NCBI GenBank assembly: GCA_973895155.1
Contig: OZ316891.1
Coordinates: forward strand, 32,189,208-32,253,207
Reading direction: 5' to 3'
Length of the DNA: 64,000 nt
Origin: Marsupella aquatica
Taxonomy: Eukaryota > Plantae > Marchantiophyta
Positions 60,101 to 64,000 of this stretch are shown one piece after another. The position numbers were made by a program, and so were the translations under genes. Position 1 is the first letter of the stretch. Every line of letters starts with the position of its first letter. The notes beneath the pieces are model-generated. The model made no database searches. It was not told where the DNA came from and saw only the letters and a program-made list of their open reading frames with translations.

Positions 60101-63100
60101 ACCATAGGTCACAGGTTTCCAGACTGTCGGCTACTCCTTGGGGAGCTCCTTGGGTTCCACTATTACGGACGGGACCTCGGGGCTCCATGTAACTTTCTTT
60201 CTTTTGGGAGGAGTGGCGGTCTGGGTAGCGTTTTCCTTGAGTATACCTGGCAAGGTGGGCCGGCCGACGACCTTTGTAGGGCTCACTATTCCGGGGAATT
60301 CTTTGCCCTTTGCCGCATCACCTCTTATTGGCATCCCTGGTGTTTTGATTTGGGCCGCTGGTCTGGGCTGGCTCAGAATATGGGCTTCTCGGACAGCACT
60401 TACCTCGAAGACTTCCTCTTCATCCAGCCGAGAGATTAATTCCACCATATTTACCTCTTCTTCTGAGATTTCCTCCTCCAACTCATATTCTTTGGGTCCT
60501 TGGGGTGTTTCACCCTGATAGTCTTCTTCCTTCCATGACACCGTCGTAGTCGGGTTACCGAATCGTAATTCCTTCTTTCCCCAGTCGGTAACGACTCGGG
60601 CATTGTATAACCAGGGTCTGCCCAGCAGTACTGGATAAGATGAGGGTCGGACTGGTCGCATCACAAGGTAATTTAGAAAAAACTCGAGGCCTCCAATCCA
60701 CGTGGATATCTTGGTCAACGTCCCCAGTGGCATGATCCTGGCGCCGTTTGCTAACCGAATGGCGCGCGCCGTGGGTTGATAAGACGTATATCCCAACCTC
60801 ACAGAAGTGTCCTCCGTCATGATGTTTACACCGGACTCGCCATCTACTGGTACAAACCAAACAGTACAGCCCGCTACCTCGATAGAGACTTCTGGCACTC
60901 CTAAGTCCTGGTAAATCATCATACAGTTGGCTAAGGTGCTTACCCGAGGTAGCCGTCTCCTTCTCTTCCCTATCAGCATCTCCTAGAGTTGTTGCCAATA
61001 CTTTGGGTTATCCTGCAATAGTTGTCCGACAGTGGCCGTGGCTGCATAGTTCTGAACATCTTTTTTGATGTCGTACTGGTTAGACGGTGGGGTCGCAGAT
61101 TTTAATGCTTCTGCTCCCTTGACTTCAACTTGCAAGGCAGTCTCAGCTTTGGCTTTTTCGGCCACCTTAGCATCGGCAATATCCTTCTTAATGGCTTTTT
61201 CATGCTCTTGGGCCTCATAGGCTTCCAATTGCTTTTTGACCAGTTCCTCTACTCGCGGGTAGAATAACTTTGGGTTATCCCGCTGGTAGTCTTCCCGCTC
61301 GTCTGGTTCCATCAAACTATTTTTATCCGCGACCACCTCTTTCTGCTTGGCGTCCTTCCGAGCTCGTTCTTTGTACTTGTCCTTCTTGTGGGATGATCGA
61401 GTAGAAACATGGTAGCACTCGTTGTCTGCGTGCGCTCCTGTTTGCTCGACTACTTCTATGAGGTCGATCCACTCGGTGGAGTCGTCCTGCCATTCCATTG
61501 TTACCATTTGTACTACTGCATCCGTAATTGGTGGGGCCGCAGGTTGAGCAGCTCAAATGGCGCCGGCCTTCGCAGCTAGCACCAAGGGGCAGTTTGACGT
61601 GGAATGTGCTTCGGTTTGATAGACCTGGCACAATGGAATTGCTCTCCCATCCCCTTGCTTCTGTTGCTCCGTGCACTCTCGGGCAAAGTGACTAGGTTTC
61701 TCGCAATTATAGCAAACGGGGGTCCGCCAAACTCCGGGTTTAGGTGGAATACTTGGATTGCTGACCATCTGGGGGCCCCGCCCCTTCACAGGATACGGAT
61801 AAGGGGTATGGAACCCTGGATTGTGGCCGCTTAGGGTGCGAGGTCCCGTCATACTCATCTGGAACACCGCCTCAACCGGATCCTCGAAGAAGTACTCCAT
61901 CGTGCATCCCTCTGGCTCGGACTGTCTGGGCTCCAACTCTATCTGGTGCACACGAGTGTTCCACCTTGGGCATTCTTGCACCACATGTCCCGACTGATAA
62001 CACTTGGAGCACTAAGCATGCGCTCGGATTTCCGGTGGTTTCTTCTTGTCAGGCGGTTTCTCCGCCAAGTGCACCGATAGTGCTTTCAGCCGGTCTGTGA
62101 TTTCGTTCAGCTTTTCTACCTCCGCGGCCTTGGGGTCCGCGGTGACGACCTTGGCTCACGGTTTATGTTTACCCGTATCTGACCGTGATCCCTTCTTTCT
62201 TCGGTGGTTATGAGACTCTGACTCGGTATTGTTGGAGGATGAGCCAGTTGATGTCGGGCTACTGGACAGAGAATTGCTAGACTCTGAATCAGAGTCTGAC
62301 GAAGAGCTTGTCCGGCCCTTCTTCTTATGTCGTCGTTTCTTCTTCCTTTTCTTCTCGTCGTACTCAGAGTCGGAATCGCTGAAGGTATGATACCTCCTGC
62401 TCTTCTTATGCTTGGTCCTCCTATTAAGTTGAGAGGCGTAGTGCGATTCCCTGAAGGACTCAACACTATCAATTGCTTGTTGTAGAGTGGTGGTCTTCTT
62501 TTCTAGCACTGAGAACGCCATCCTTTGGGGTAGCGCGTTGACAAACCATTTCCTCAGTAGAGAATCATCGGGCTTAGGCCAAATCTTGGTGGCAACCTTC
62601 TGGAATCGCTGCAGAAATTTGCGAAGTGAGTCATGCTTACCCATCTGCATTCGTCCGATTTTTGACAAGGCCCGAGATTCGATCCCCACGGGCCTAAATT
62701 CTTGCAAAAATGCCGTCTGGAACTGGCCCCATGTGAAACCAAGGGGTTGCAAGTTATACCACGGGCGCGCTTCTCCTTGTAGCACGCCTGGAAGAATGGT
62801 TAGCTTAATGGCTTCCTCGCCATTTGCCTTGGCCGTGGCCTCAAACTCAGCTATCCATTCATCGGGGTCGTCCGTGGGTCGTCCCTTAAAGGGTCGATAG
62901 TGGAACCGGGATCGCTACGACACGTTCTTAGCTGCAAGGGGCCGCAATGCACCTGGTACCTATGGGGCAGGTGGAACCGGTGGAGTTCCTCCCGCCGTTG
63001 GTGCTTGGGTTCCCATCACAACAAGCGATCCTGCTTGGGAAGCCGAGCTCCCCGCTCCGTCGGATGCGGTATTCCCTTCCAAACTTGATGCTCCATCTGG

Positions 63101-63246
63101 TTGTACGCAGAACGTGACCGGGTAAGGGGCATGCCCCTTCCTACACGTCGAGTACAAAATCAAAGGTTACTAGCTCACTACACGGCTCCACTCATAAGGC
63201 AAAATGAGTGCCCCCTCCATCTAGCGCCAAAAAACCAGTCGCCGTA
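57186..63246 (-). mobile_element. Decayed Ty3/gypsy family C internal region
   Basis: gag 62156-62785, zinc-knuckle region 61553-61984, protease VDGESG 60131-60979, RT pieces 59282-59845, RH/INT 57516-58973. Confidence 0.93.
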
Positions 63247-64000
63247 TGTCGCGTCCCTAACCTGGGCCTTAAATCCAGTTTAGTTTCATGGCGCAACCTC
63301 GACCACCAGTAGGGGTGAGGGTTTGGGCAAGGAGGTGTGTAGTGGCCCCGATTAGCCCTAAGTCGGGCTAAGTCGATATACTTACTGGTATAACACTTAA
63401 GCAATTCGTACTAGTCATAGGTATATTTATTTTCCACCGCTGGAATTTTCCCTCAGTGACTCGGACTAACTCCCGGCTTGGGGCTTTTCAAGCCATCGAC
63501 GTGACAGAACCTTATGACATGCAATGGGTGGCAATCCCTACCATTAGTCCGCACCCAGTACGTCCCTTAAAATGGCGCCTTTGCCCAGACAAAGCATACA
63601 CACAACACCAATTACTTGTGGAAACATTAGAGGGAAAAGACTACATTTACTCAGCAAAGCATCAGTTTACATGGTTGACTCGATTTCTAAGGGGGTCAGC
63701 AGACCCAACGGCAGTCGATGCCCAGTCTCTATGAGGCCCCGCCTCGCTTTTGCCCAGCAAGCTCGACTCTGGCTCTCACTCCTTGGTGCGCTCTGACCCT
63801 ACTCAAGCCGGGACTCCCCGTGTCTTGCCTTTTCTTCTGCTGAGATAACTAAGCCTTCTCCCCCTTCCACGGCAAAGGGGAAACCTAAATACTACAATTG
63901 CGGAAGGGAACTGGAGGATACTACCTTTCGGGATACTACCTACTGACTAACTACCCTATGACTAACTAGCCATGCCGTACTGACTAGTTGACCGTTGACG
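63247..64000 (-). repeat. Family C 5' LTR (runs off the window)
   Basis: Matches 22851-~23610; adjacent to the PBS. Confidence 0.92.

Overview
Eukaryotic, repeat-saturated DNA, probably from a non-seed land plant (inference); no ordinary host gene is visible. It is a stack of nested transposons: two Ty1/copia elements (one decayed, one with apparently identical 421-bp LTRs) and three related non-chromoviral Ty3/gypsy families (A, B, C). Their LTRs are very large (~4.7 kb in B) and each carries a protein-coding ORF (~1200 aa in B). There are also a solo LTR, a MITE-like insert and element fragments. The main finding is a 13.1-kb cut-and-paste DNA transposon (8951-22039; 26-bp TIRs, TACG target-site duplication) with a Sola-like DDD transposase. 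It carries a divergent, spliced cargo gene with a ParB/sulfiredoxin-like domain, a beta-class DNA amino-methyltransferase-like domain with a degenerate catalytic motif, and an adjacent, possibly fused FCP1-like HAD phosphatase. All domain calls are by motif recognition only; no searches were run.
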